DNA of 64,000 bases from Candidatus Thalassarchaeaceae archaeon (GTDB taxonomy: Archaea; Thermoplasmatota; Poseidoniia; Poseidoniales; Thalassarchaeaceae): assembly GCA_030747485.1 (NCBI GenBank), contig JASLKP010000005.1, positions 6,006 to 70,005 on the forward strand. The letters run 5' to 3'. The notes beneath the pieces were generated by a model. The model had not been told where the DNA came from and ran no database searches. It saw only the letters and a program-made list of their open reading frames with translations. The number at the start of each line of letters is the position of its first letter. Position 1 is the stretch's first letter. The translations under genes were made by a program, and so were the position numbers. Below are positions 19,601-28,088 of this stretch, in pieces.

Positions 19601-20140
19601 CGAGATGGATATGGTGACAACAGCATTGGAGGCGCTTTCCAAGGTGACCTCTGCAAGAGCGAACAGGGATTCTCATATCTCGATAAATATGGTTGTTTAG
19701 ACTCGGATGGAGATGGTTGGTCCGACGTTGGAGATGCTTGTCCATACGATCCCAATTTCCATTTGGTATCAGAACAATGCAAAATTACTGAACCGGATTC
19801 TGGGCAAAGTGGAGATTCGGAATCCTCTGGTATGGTCATGTACATTATTGGCGGTTTAGTCGCCTTCCTTCTCATGCTCATCTTTGTAGCTCTTGTCGCT
19901 AAACAGATGGGGGCACGGAAGAGAATTGATGAAATTCGTGAACTTCAAGCACACGATGCAGTCATGATTGAAGAAGAAGAACAAAGACGTCAGAAATGGA
20001 TTGATTATTATTTGGCACAAGGTGATATTGAGAAAGCAAAGGAACTCGGCTATGTTGAGAAAGCTGAATGGCAACTTCATCAAGAAAAGACCGAAGCAGA
20101 GGCTGCAGCGTTACCCAATATGGACGACCTATTCAGTTAG
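16610..20140 (+). CDS. Giant surface protein: signal peptide, WD40-like beta-propeller, about 25 thrombospondin-type-3 Ca-binding repeats, C-terminal TM anchor and cytoplasmic coiled-coil tail
   Basis: Signal peptide (LLAGLMIFSTTILPVVSA), repeated (W/F)SPDG propeller blades, many DxDxDGxxDxxD motifs, a TM segment (IIGGLVAFLLMLIFVALV) and a charged tail. Confidence 0.7.
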   Translation: MQMNTAAPMVQNLRVQSLASTRAILLAGLMIFSTTILPVVSAYDTDSDGIDDSVDDCPVAAGNSSVDRVGCPDRDGDGTSDKNDPWTIQGGGFSEEAHQSSNDDYYAVFFNYDGSQYLTSAENGWMRIWDTSTRQNLRSVQTDGIFDVGWSPDGAYVAAVTDNDELRVYHASNMSVLFTASTDVGSGDQPNELEFSPDGTMVAVVIGRSGNSGTNGEVQIYNAMTGVEMTSFNPGSADRFNSVDWSPDGNRILIGGREDVWIYNTGSWGFNSSVNTNRGTNNGVEWSPDGNSFATCEAWESSGARVRMYEVATMQQVWSYSTSTSCNTLTFSPDSTQIGASMTYYQSDGASVRIFNADTGSIIDTVSGPRPGGCTSGGGGNNCGSIYGVDWHPNGMYIISAHGRDDEGIYHWIVDPDIDNDGVLNEDDAFPEDGTQWDDTDGDGYGDNPAPATEPDACVTIFGTSNMDRYGCPDDDGDGWSNDGDAFPSDPYQWSDADGDGYPSNLDDPRDPNPYGHLDAFDNNPTQWADSDGDGYGDNFANASWESIRPVDWPGQLMSMTPIEMVDIDTFPLNPEQWNDTDGDWVGDEPFTSRSDGCPDAWGDSIWDRIGCPDSDGDGYSDPGNGYPGEGLASPIGDADAFVDDPSQWHDSDGDGFGDNTSGSQGDACPGQPGTSWWAIEWDYVNETYFDKQWFGCEDNDGDGYANSGEAFPNDPTQWQDTDGDGVNRNSVASSCGDNPEGNNPDLFPLDGTQCTDRDGDGYGDFASGPNGDWFPDDPTQWKDSDGDGYGDNADGTNADVCPFVAGTINTAEARGCPDSDNDGTPDPQDAFPNNPLEDSDSDGDGFGDAFEDDCILTPGASNMGGTFGCPDSDGDYWADSIDIFPDDGTQWEDSDGDGYGDNYTYTNVTGHSTSADGYIWGCDVDPGLIMSRIQNGDAFPEDATQWSDTDGDGHGDNYGEALNLTTRLECWPGEFVDNARDADAFPLRYTQWKDADRDGYGDNSIGGAFQGDLCKSEQGFSYLDKYGCLDSDGDGWSDVGDACPYDPNFHLVSEQCKITEPDSGQSGDSESSGMVMYIIGGLVAFLLMLIFVALVAKQMGARKRIDEIRELQAHDAVMIEEEEQRRQKWIDYYLAQGDIEKAKELGYVEKAEWQLHQEKTEAEAAALPNMDDLFS
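17850..19750 (+). repeat. Tandem coding repeats (TSP3-like DxDGDGxxD calcium-binding units) inside the surface-protein gene
   Basis: Recurring gatggtgatgg / gatggagatgg nucleotide motifs and DGDGYGDN peptide motifs. They generate spurious His-rich ORFs on the opposite strand. Confidence 0.7.
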
Positions 20141-20892
20141 GCAGCCAAATCATCATCAAACCGATTGAAGGGTAGCGCATCGAAAGTTTCGATATTCGGA
20201 GAATTGAGTGAAATATTGTGCGTCAGTGCTTCTTCAATTGTCACCCAATCTGGAGTTGAACCATCAATCCAATCGTAACGATGGCCAGGAATCAATCTCC
20301 AATCACTTGGAAGTGATTCCAATACGCTTCTTGCGTTTCGTAAACTTCGCCACTGAGCAGCGGGGTCGCTGCCAGGTAAATCTACGCGTCCTGAACGCAT
20401 GGTGAATAACAAATCACCAGCCACATAGACCCCATGTCCGTGAAATGTCACATGACCAGGGGCATGTCCAGGTGAATGGATGACTGAAAGAGAAATGTTT
20501 CCTGCAGTCCAATCCACAGATTCATCAGGTAAATGTTTCCAAACGTGTGTGAAATCAGTTCGACGGAAAATGATTCGACCAAGAATACTGGGGCTCACTG
20601 AATCCTCATGACCCCATACTTCGATTTCAGGGTAGACTTTTCGAATTTGAGCGACACCATGTGTATGATCTCGATGAGTATGTGTCAACAGAATATGAGA
20701 GGGTGTAATCTCTTCTTTTTCCAATGCAGAAAGCCATCCCTTACCATCCCACGGATCGACGATAATTGCAACATTATTTTCACGATTAATGAATGCAATA
20801 TTCATATTGGCAAAAGGCCCCATTTGAGCAATCCAAATTTCGACACCATCGTGTGAAATTGAGACTTCAAAATCTCCCTTTGCTAGGACCAT
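20137..20892 (-). CDS. MBL-fold metallo-hydrolase (glyoxalase II/hydroxyacylglutathione hydrolase-like)
   Basis: LTHTHRDHTHG (HxHxDH) zinc-binding motif, 251 aa. Confidence 0.75.
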   Translation of the reverse strand: MVLAKGDFEVSISHDGVEIWIAQMGPFANMNIAFINRENNVAIIVDPWDGKGWLSALEKEEITPSHILLTHTHRDHTHGVAQIRKVYPEIEVWGHEDSVSPSILGRIIFRRTDFTHVWKHLPDESVDWTAGNISLSVIHSPGHAPGHVTFHGHGVYVAGDLLFTMRSGRVDLPGSDPAAQWRSLRNARSVLESLPSDWRLIPGHRYDWIDGSTPDWVTIEEALTHNISLNSPNIETFDALPFNRFDDDLAA

Positions 20893-21007
20893 AGTTGGGC
20901 CAAGACAGGGGGCCGAATAGATATTTGTGGCAACATTGGCCCCCCTTAGGGGGTGCCAATGGGTTCAAACGGGAGTGGTGCATTCCGAAATTACTGGGGG
21001 ACAGCGT

Positions 21008-23638
21008 ATGCGAGGTGAATTGAGTGGCCGCGCGATTGTACCAATGCTACTCATTGGAATGCTTGTACTTGTTCCATTTTCATCTGTAAGTGGTGAAATC
21101 TCTTCAAATGGATTGGAATTAGTCATCGAAATTGATGATCAAAATGGTGCGCTCTATCACACAAATGAGGCCCCACTTGAATTGACTGTGAAAATACAAA
21201 ATCACGGAGATGTCAGTCGAGAAGTGACATACAATCCTGCTTGTCCATTCAATTTAGTCATACATTCTGACAGTTGGTCGTATGACCTCGATGAAGACAG
21301 AATCTGCCCTACACAAGAGCGTGCAATCACCATCCAACCAGGTCAAACTCGAGTCATTTCTACATTGAATTGGGATTGGGCTGATGCACCAAGTGGCACA
21401 CTGATTCTTGAATTTGAACAACCAGAATCATCACTTGCTACAATTTCAACTGTTGAATATCATTCAATCATTGGAATGCCTGAACATTTAGAATTACAGG
21501 CAGTGTTAGGTGAAACCATTGGTGAACAGATCGGACACACTGATTCAATGCCAGCCATGTTCCACTTGAAATTGGTCAACACAGGTGACGAAGTAGTCGA
21601 GGTGCCTTTTGATGAATCATGTCATATCCTGATGACGATTGATGAACTGGTTCGTTCACTCACAAAGGTTGGGTGTGGGGGTGGTATCCTTGATGCTGGA
21701 GAAAGTGTTTCCCTCGGATGGACAAGTTGGAACTTCGACAATGTCGACGATGGTATGCACTCTATTGCATTCACAATGACCGGTGTTGAAGATGTAAGCA
21801 CAACAGTAGACACAATGTACACTCATAATCCATTCCCATCTCGACAGACGAACCTATTACCTAGCGTTAGTGTTGAGCTTGATGAGGAACTGAAGTGGCA
21901 ATTTAATGTAGAGAATGTTGAAGAGATTCCTGCAAAACTTGTCTTTGACAGTTTATGTATCACAGAGATGCATGTCATTTCACCCGAGGGTGGTATCGTA
22001 TACGATTCACGCACTGAACGTAATTGTCTATCCTCTGGAAGTCAACAACAAATCAAATCAGGTACAATTCATACATTGGAAAGCAATGTTTGGAATCTAC
22101 AAGATAGTAACGATTGTGAAATTAATGATGGATTGCACTTGTTGGTCATTACACAACCCGATTACAATCTAGTCTCGACGCAATCATTCGATTATGTTGG
22201 AGAGGGAACTGGTGATGAATGTCGAGCAGTTGCACAGGATTCATCGAACATTCGCTTTGCTGTCAACGATTTACAAATTCTAGATGCTGACTCTGTTGAT
22301 GAACGAATGTTATTTGATATACAACTTGAAAATCTTGGATTGGAGGATTTTGATATATACTGGGCCACTGATTGTTCTCTTGAAATTACAGTGAGTCAAC
22401 ATCAACATATCTACCGAACATGGAATCATGGTTGTGGAAACTCTGGACAAATACTCACTCTATCACCAAGCCAATCAGTTGTTTGGAGGGGGATAGAAGT
22501 CGCGTTTGTGGATGAGGGAGTAGCTCTTGAGAATGGCACATGGATCGTCACAATACGTTCAACATCTTCTCCAAATTTCTTCGTTGAGGCTGCGCATACA
22601 TACGATGGTCCTCACATTACTACTACCGATGTTGGAGACATTACAGAAGTCATTGAAATTGTGGATGAGAATCCAACACCTGAAGAAATTCCAAGTAATT
22701 TCATCCTTGAAGGGAAATGGCATTATGTTACTCAAACCAATCAGGGTTGTTGGCTCCTCACTGATTCAAGTGGAAGCGAACGCTCCTTTGTTGCACACAT
22801 GCAAGATGGACGATGGGCACCAATTCCGGGACTAACTGGAACCTACGATGTAGAGGAGACACCTGCTGCGGGAGACTGTGCTGCATGGACTGGCTTTGCA
22901 ATTCTTTCAACCATTGAGGAAGATGTACCAGCATCCATCATTGAAGAGCCTGTTGTCACTTCAAAACCAGTAGAGAGCCCTACTGAAGTTGTACTAGAGA
23001 GTGCACCCACTGTTGCTGCCGCTGTCGCGACCACCTCTCTGTCAATCATGGTCCTGTTATACATCACCAATACAGAATGGATTCGAATTTCTGCCCTTCA
23101 ATTGGGTATCGGTTTAGTTGGAATGGTACGCAAGACTCGAGAACATGATGGAGAATATCAACGGGGACGTATCATGGGTTACCTGACTGCGAATCCAGGT
23201 GTCCATTTCCGGGCATTGTTGGGAGCATTGAACATGAGTAATGGGCAATTAACTCATCATCTGAAGAGTCTTCAGGGTGAAGAAAGAGTATGGCGACGAA
23301 AAGATGGACGTCTTGTGCGATTCTATCCAGCGAGTATCCAACCATCCACTGAAGAGGATGATTTGCCCGTACCTCTACTCACACCAGATCCAAACAGTCT
23401 ACAAGGCAAGATTCTGAGACTCCTCGATGCAACTGAAAACGACATTGTAAATCTCAGTCAAAAAGAGTTAGCTGTTCGCCTAGAAGCAAGTCAACAATTG
23501 ATTAGTCACCATCTACGGACATTGGAAAAGTTCGGCCTCATTGAACGTGAAAAGGTCGGCATGAGATATCGGTATCAACTCACCCGAGAAGCAATCTTCT
23601 TGGTAAACAACAGTGAGTTCGAAGTTGACGGTGAATGA
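21008..23638 (+). CDS. Membrane-tethered transcription regulator: signal-anchor, four BsuPI-like extracellular beta-sandwich repeats, TM helix, two cytoplasmic winged-HTH domains
   Basis: Four internal repeats, each with a conserved Cys pair. A TM helix follows, then MarR/ArsR-like wHTH segments (YLTANPGVHFRALLGALNMSNGQLTHHLKSL and ILRLLDATENDIVNLSQKELAVRLEASQQLISHHLRTLEKFGLIE). The track start 20927 is in the same frame; 21008 gives a clean signal anchor. Confidence 0.55.
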   Translation: MRGELSGRAIVPMLLIGMLVLVPFSSVSGEISSNGLELVIEIDDQNGALYHTNEAPLELTVKIQNHGDVSREVTYNPACPFNLVIHSDSWSYDLDEDRICPTQERAITIQPGQTRVISTLNWDWADAPSGTLILEFEQPESSLATISTVEYHSIIGMPEHLELQAVLGETIGEQIGHTDSMPAMFHLKLVNTGDEVVEVPFDESCHILMTIDELVRSLTKVGCGGGILDAGESVSLGWTSWNFDNVDDGMHSIAFTMTGVEDVSTTVDTMYTHNPFPSRQTNLLPSVSVELDEELKWQFNVENVEEIPAKLVFDSLCITEMHVISPEGGIVYDSRTERNCLSSGSQQQIKSGTIHTLESNVWNLQDSNDCEINDGLHLLVITQPDYNLVSTQSFDYVGEGTGDECRAVAQDSSNIRFAVNDLQILDADSVDERMLFDIQLENLGLEDFDIYWATDCSLEITVSQHQHIYRTWNHGCGNSGQILTLSPSQSVVWRGIEVAFVDEGVALENGTWIVTIRSTSSPNFFVEAAHTYDGPHITTTDVGDITEVIEIVDENPTPEEIPSNFILEGKWHYVTQTNQGCWLLTDSSGSERSFVAHMQDGRWAPIPGLTGTYDVEETPAAGDCAAWTGFAILSTIEEDVPASIIEEPVVTSKPVESPTEVVLESAPTVAAAVATTSLSIMVLLYITNTEWIRISALQLGIGLVGMVRKTREHDGEYQRGRIMGYLTANPGVHFRALLGALNMSNGQLTHHLKSLQGEERVWRRKDGRLVRFYPASIQPSTEEDDLPVPLLTPDPNSLQGKILRLLDATENDIVNLSQKELAVRLEASQQLISHHLRTLEKFGLIEREKVGMRYRYQLTREAIFLVNNSEFEVDGE

Positions 23639-23722
23639 GGTCTCAATCGTAGGACCTTTCAAGAATACATCCCAAAGTCGGACAACGTGCACCATAGGTG
23701 CACGCACATGTGAGGACGATTC

Positions 23723-26578
23723 ATGGAAGAGTACAATCCAAAAGCCATTGAGACTCACTGGCAGCATGCTTGGAGTGATGCAAAGGTGTCGGATTCTAAG
23801 GCCGACAAATCATTACCGAAATTCTACTGTCTAGAGATGTTTCCATATCCTAGTGGCCACATGCATATGGGGCATGTGAGAAATTACAGTATTGGAGATA
23901 GCATGGCTCGTTTCCGGAGATTAATGGGGTACAATGTGCTATACCCTATGGGATACGATTCATTTGGAATGCCCGCAGAAAATGCTGCGAAGAAAATTGG
24001 GGGGCACCCTCATGATGTAACTTGGTCAAACATCGAAAGTATTCGTGAAGATTTGAAGCGGATGGGATTCTCATACGATTGGCGTCGTGAATTGGCTACA
24101 TCAGACAAAGAGTACTATCGATGGAATCAATGGATTTTTCTGAAATTCCATGAAATGGGCTTGGTTGAACGACGTACTGCTCCAGTGAATTGGTGTGATG
24201 CGTGCGATACTGTTCTTGCCAATGAACAGGTGAAAAACAATCGCTGTTGGCGTTGCTCAGGAGAAGTGCGTCAGAAGGATATGGCGCAATGGTTTCTGAA
24301 AATGACAAAATATGCAGATGAACTCCTAGACGACCTTGAAGAGATTGGATTCCCTGAGAATGTAAAGGCAATGCAGCGTAACTGGATTGGTCGATCACAT
24401 GGTGCTGAAATTCACTTTCCAATTGTAGACAGTGATGATATCATTCAAGCATTTACGACAAGACCAGATACAATCTTTGGAGTAACGTTTGTCACTCTAG
24501 CACCAGAACATCCACTTTGTGAGACGTTGGTATCAGGTACTGAATTTGAGAGTGATTATCGTGAACTTGCAGATGAATGTGCACGAATGAGTGAATTTGA
24601 CCGAATCAATATGTTGCGAGATAAAAAAGGTGTTTTCTTAGGTCGATATGCAACGAATCCACTCACTGGTGATGCTATTCCCATTTATGCTGGAAATTTC
24701 GTTGTAGCCTCATATGGAACTGGTGCAGTGATGGCCGTACCTGGACATGACCAACGAGATCATGACTTTGCGAAAAAGTATGACATCCCAATCGCCCAAG
24801 TTCTAGCAGAAGAGGAAGGGCGAGAACCAAAACAAACAGGACGTGCGTTTGAGGGATTGGGATGGATGGTAAATTCAGGCAGAGATGGTTTTGACGGACT
24901 CTATGGGTCCGAGGCAAAGGCTGCTGTCATCTCTGCGTTAGAATCAGAACAAATGGGCTCGGGTACGATTCAATATCGTCTCAAGGATTGGTTGCTCAGT
25001 CGCCAACGATTTTGGGGTACACCTATCCCATTCATTCATTGTCCACAATGCGGAGTAGTACCTGTTCGTGAAGCTGACCTTCCTGTTGCACTACCTCTCG
25101 ATGTCACATTCAGCGAAGGACTATCGGGAAACCCACTTGCATCTCATGAAGGGTTTGTGAATACATCGTGTCCATCTTGTGGTACGGCTGCAAAGCGAGA
25201 AACTGACACAATGGATACATTCTATGATTCAAGTTGGTATTTTCTCAGATTTTGTGATGCCATGAATGCTGAAGAAGCATTCAACAAAGATGTCGTCGAT
25301 TATTGGATGGAGGGTGGCGTTGACCTATACATTGGTGGAATTGAGCACGCAGTCATGCATTTACTCTATGCAAGATTCTTCACCAAGGCGCTTCGTGATG
25401 CTGGACTAAATGATGTATCAGAACCATTCTCTAGGTTGGTATGTCAGGGCATGGTGAATGCTCCTGCTCCATTCTGTAGTGATTGTAATGTTGAGTATCA
25501 TGTTGAACATGATGGAAGAGATTGTCCAACATGTAGCAAGCCCCTAGGAACTAGATCTGCGAAGATGAGTAAGAGTCTAGGAAACACTGTCAGTCCCGAA
25601 ATTATGATTGAAAAATATGGAGCTGATACTGTTCGTCTATTCATTCTCTTTAGTGCCAATCCTGAGGCAGGTATGGATTGGTCTGATTCAGCAATTGAGT
25701 CTAATTTCAAACAAATGAAAGCAATTCACAGTGTCCCTTCACAAATTGCGACACTATCTGGTGCCTCAAGCCCCATGGATGACTGGTTACTTGCTCGAAC
25801 TCGCAGTAATATGATTCGCTGGTCTAATTCAATGATGGATGTGAGTCTAAGAGATGGTGTGATGGCGAGTCACTTCGACATGTTGACTGATTGGCAATGG
25901 TATTTGCGAAGAGGGGGGAATAACCGAGAAGTTGCTGAGTCATGCCTCTCTGTGTGGGCTTGTATGTTGTATCCCGCGACACCACACCTTGCTGAAGATT
26001 GGTGGTCATCACTTGGACACGATTCGATGCTTGCACAACATGTAGTTGAAATTCAAAATGAAATGGAATCTGATTGTGCTACTTTAGCAAAAGAACTGTA
26101 TCTGCGTAATGTAATCGATACTGCTCGTAATGTAAAACAACTCGCCGAACGACATGTCGATGGTGAATTGGAAATGATCGTCATTCAAACAGCCCCTGCT
26201 TGGAAACATGAATTGGTCAAGAGTGCGGTTCGAATGCATGCTGAAGATTTTGATTTCAAGGAAGGAGGAAACAAGTTCCTACAATCTCATCCTGTATTCC
26301 AAAATGATGAGATGCGTGGGGATGTGATGCAACTGTGGCGCAATGTGGTGGTTGGGCAAAAGAAACGCAGAGGGCGTGTACATACTTATTCAGACGGTCA
26401 ACGTGCACTTATTGAAACTCAATTTGACGAAACTGTATTCTTACTCGAAAATTCAGAATTTATTGGAAGGGCATTAGATATTGGAATGGTACAAATTCAT
26501 GTTTCTGGAGAGGGTGAAGACGTTGCTGGAAAGGCAAAGACAAGTATGCCACTTGAACCAGGTATTGCTTGGAGATGA
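23723..26578 (+). CDS. leuS: Leucyl-tRNA synthetase (archaeal/eukaryal type)
   Basis: HIGH-class motif PSGHMHMGH, KMSKS motif AKMSKSLGNTV, 951 aa. Confidence 0.95.
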   Translation: MEEYNPKAIETHWQHAWSDAKVSDSKADKSLPKFYCLEMFPYPSGHMHMGHVRNYSIGDSMARFRRLMGYNVLYPMGYDSFGMPAENAAKKIGGHPHDVTWSNIESIREDLKRMGFSYDWRRELATSDKEYYRWNQWIFLKFHEMGLVERRTAPVNWCDACDTVLANEQVKNNRCWRCSGEVRQKDMAQWFLKMTKYADELLDDLEEIGFPENVKAMQRNWIGRSHGAEIHFPIVDSDDIIQAFTTRPDTIFGVTFVTLAPEHPLCETLVSGTEFESDYRELADECARMSEFDRINMLRDKKGVFLGRYATNPLTGDAIPIYAGNFVVASYGTGAVMAVPGHDQRDHDFAKKYDIPIAQVLAEEEGREPKQTGRAFEGLGWMVNSGRDGFDGLYGSEAKAAVISALESEQMGSGTIQYRLKDWLLSRQRFWGTPIPFIHCPQCGVVPVREADLPVALPLDVTFSEGLSGNPLASHEGFVNTSCPSCGTAAKRETDTMDTFYDSSWYFLRFCDAMNAEEAFNKDVVDYWMEGGVDLYIGGIEHAVMHLLYARFFTKALRDAGLNDVSEPFSRLVCQGMVNAPAPFCSDCNVEYHVEHDGRDCPTCSKPLGTRSAKMSKSLGNTVSPEIMIEKYGADTVRLFILFSANPEAGMDWSDSAIESNFKQMKAIHSVPSQIATLSGASSPMDDWLLARTRSNMIRWSNSMMDVSLRDGVMASHFDMLTDWQWYLRRGGNNREVAESCLSVWACMLYPATPHLAEDWWSSLGHDSMLAQHVVEIQNEMESDCATLAKELYLRNVIDTARNVKQLAERHVDGELEMIVIQTAPAWKHELVKSAVRMHAEDFDFKEGGNKFLQSHPVFQNDEMRGDVMQLWRNVVVGQKKRRGRVHTYSDGQRALIETQFDETVFLLENSEFIGRALDIGMVQIHVSGEGEDVAGKAKTSMPLEPGIAWR

Positions 26579-26933
26579 TGGGCTGCCAATCGTTCTTTTC
26601 GACGGGTTTTGCTCCACCTGTAATCGATGGGCTCAGTGGATTTCAAAACGTGATTCAAATCACGTGTTTGAGTTAATCGCACAAGACTCTCCTGAAGGTG
26701 ACAATGTAATGTCACAGTGTCCTGAAAAATTACGTTTAGTGGATTCTGTTTACATTGTTAACGGAGATTCTTGGCATGTGCGATCTAGTGCTGTATGTCG
26801 AATGCTTTGGGGACTCGGTATCCATTGGAGAATCATTGGGACGTTGCTATGGCTGATACCTAGGCCACTTCGAGATATGGGATACAATATATTCGCCAAA
26901 CGGAGGCATAGAATGGTGCCCTTGGATTCATGA
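26565..26933 (+). CDS. DCC-family thiol-disulfide oxidoreductase (DUF393)
   Basis: IVLFDGFCSTCNRWAQWI matches the DUF393 LFDGxCxLC motif. The ATG start at 26481 would overlap leuS by 98 nt; TTG 26565 is an alternative. Confidence 0.55.
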   Translation: MLGDDGLPIVLFDGFCSTCNRWAQWISKRDSNHVFELIAQDSPEGDNVMSQCPEKLRLVDSVYIVNGDSWHVRSSAVCRMLWGLGIHWRIIGTLLWLIPRPLRDMGYNIFAKRRHRMVPLDS

Positions 26934-26957
26934 ACCTCCTCCCTCTGGCAATGAACA

Positions 26958-28088
26958 GTGAGTACAAAGAAGAATCCAAAATCGGGTTCTCCTCCCTCTG
27001 ATTCCAACGCTCCAAAGAAGGGTGCGTCCGGTTCGCGTAAGAAGCGAGGAGGTGGGAAGAGCCATCGTCAAAGAAGGCCAAAACGGAATAATGCATCGAA
27101 AGATGATGTGAAAGCACTGGACCAAGAGGCCATTATGCGAGCCAATGAGCGCTTCAAGAGAAATCCAAGACCCATGGGGCTTGAATCAGAAATTGATCCA
27201 CCTCCAAGAAATGTCAAACTAGAATGGGAACTCAATCCAGTTCCCAAATCAGTTGAACGTGAAGTACATGATATTGTCACAAAGCCTGGTGAATTCGGAT
27301 TTTTAGAAAATGATCGTGTTGATGAAATTGCTGAGCAACTAGGCAAGCGACCCATTACGCTGGAACAAGCATTGAGTCTACGAGCGGCGTTAAATCAAGA
27401 AAAAGCGGTATTCAGCCATGGCCGATTACAACGACGTGCACGAGAAATGCTAAGACGGTATGAGGGAGGAGAAAGTGTTCTTTCATTATCCAAACGTTTT
27501 GATTTCCCACCAGTGAACTTGTTTCGTGCAATTCTCAGTGCCAGAAATTGGTCCAAGAATCGAATCAAAGATACATTGAGGGAACCTGAAAAGAAACTCA
27601 ACAAACGCGATTTGAGTCAATTCCGGAAAGCAGAGGCTCAAGACAGGGTGACTCATGTTAATCAAAGTGAAACTCACCATGCTGCAGACCTATTTGAGAA
27701 AGTTCTCTGTGACCATTTCACAGCCAATGATATCCGATTTCGTACACAGACTGAACTTCTCAAAGAACAGGTGGCTGCTGAAGGGCGTCCGGTACGAACA
27801 CCTGATTTGTTAATGCTAGATCATGTCGAAATCAACGGAGTACCAGTAGCTTGGATTGATGCCAAGCACTTCTATGGAGCAAACCTTTCATTCCAACGAA
27901 AGAAGACTCAAAAACAAGTCAACCGTTATGTCGAGGAATGGGGGCATGGTGCCATTATCTATCGACATGGGTTCTGTGATGGGCTCAATTTGAAGGGAGC
28001 TATCAAATTAGATGCAAGTCCAATTGATTTAACTGAATTAATTGAACACAATAAACGATTCAATACTAATCGAGAGAGTGAAGATTGA
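26958..28088 (+). CDS. TPD-motif PD-(D/E)XK nuclease family protein (CDIN1/C15orf41-like) with Lys/Arg-rich N-terminal tail
   Basis: RTPDLLMLDHVEINGVPVAWIDAKHFYG contains the literal T-P-D motif and a D...(D/E)xK nuclease core, with helical (HTH-like) segments upstream. The first 60 aa are about 45% K/R/G/S. Confidence 0.5.
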   Translation: MSTKKNPKSGSPPSDSNAPKKGASGSRKKRGGGKSHRQRRPKRNNASKDDVKALDQEAIMRANERFKRNPRPMGLESEIDPPPRNVKLEWELNPVPKSVEREVHDIVTKPGEFGFLENDRVDEIAEQLGKRPITLEQALSLRAALNQEKAVFSHGRLQRRAREMLRRYEGGESVLSLSKRFDFPPVNLFRAILSARNWSKNRIKDTLREPEKKLNKRDLSQFRKAEAQDRVTHVNQSETHHAADLFEKVLCDHFTANDIRFRTQTELLKEQVAAEGRPVRTPDLLMLDHVEINGVPVAWIDAKHFYGANLSFQRKKTQKQVNRYVEEWGHGAIIYRHGFCDGLNLKGAIKLDASPIDLTELIEHNKRFNTNRESED

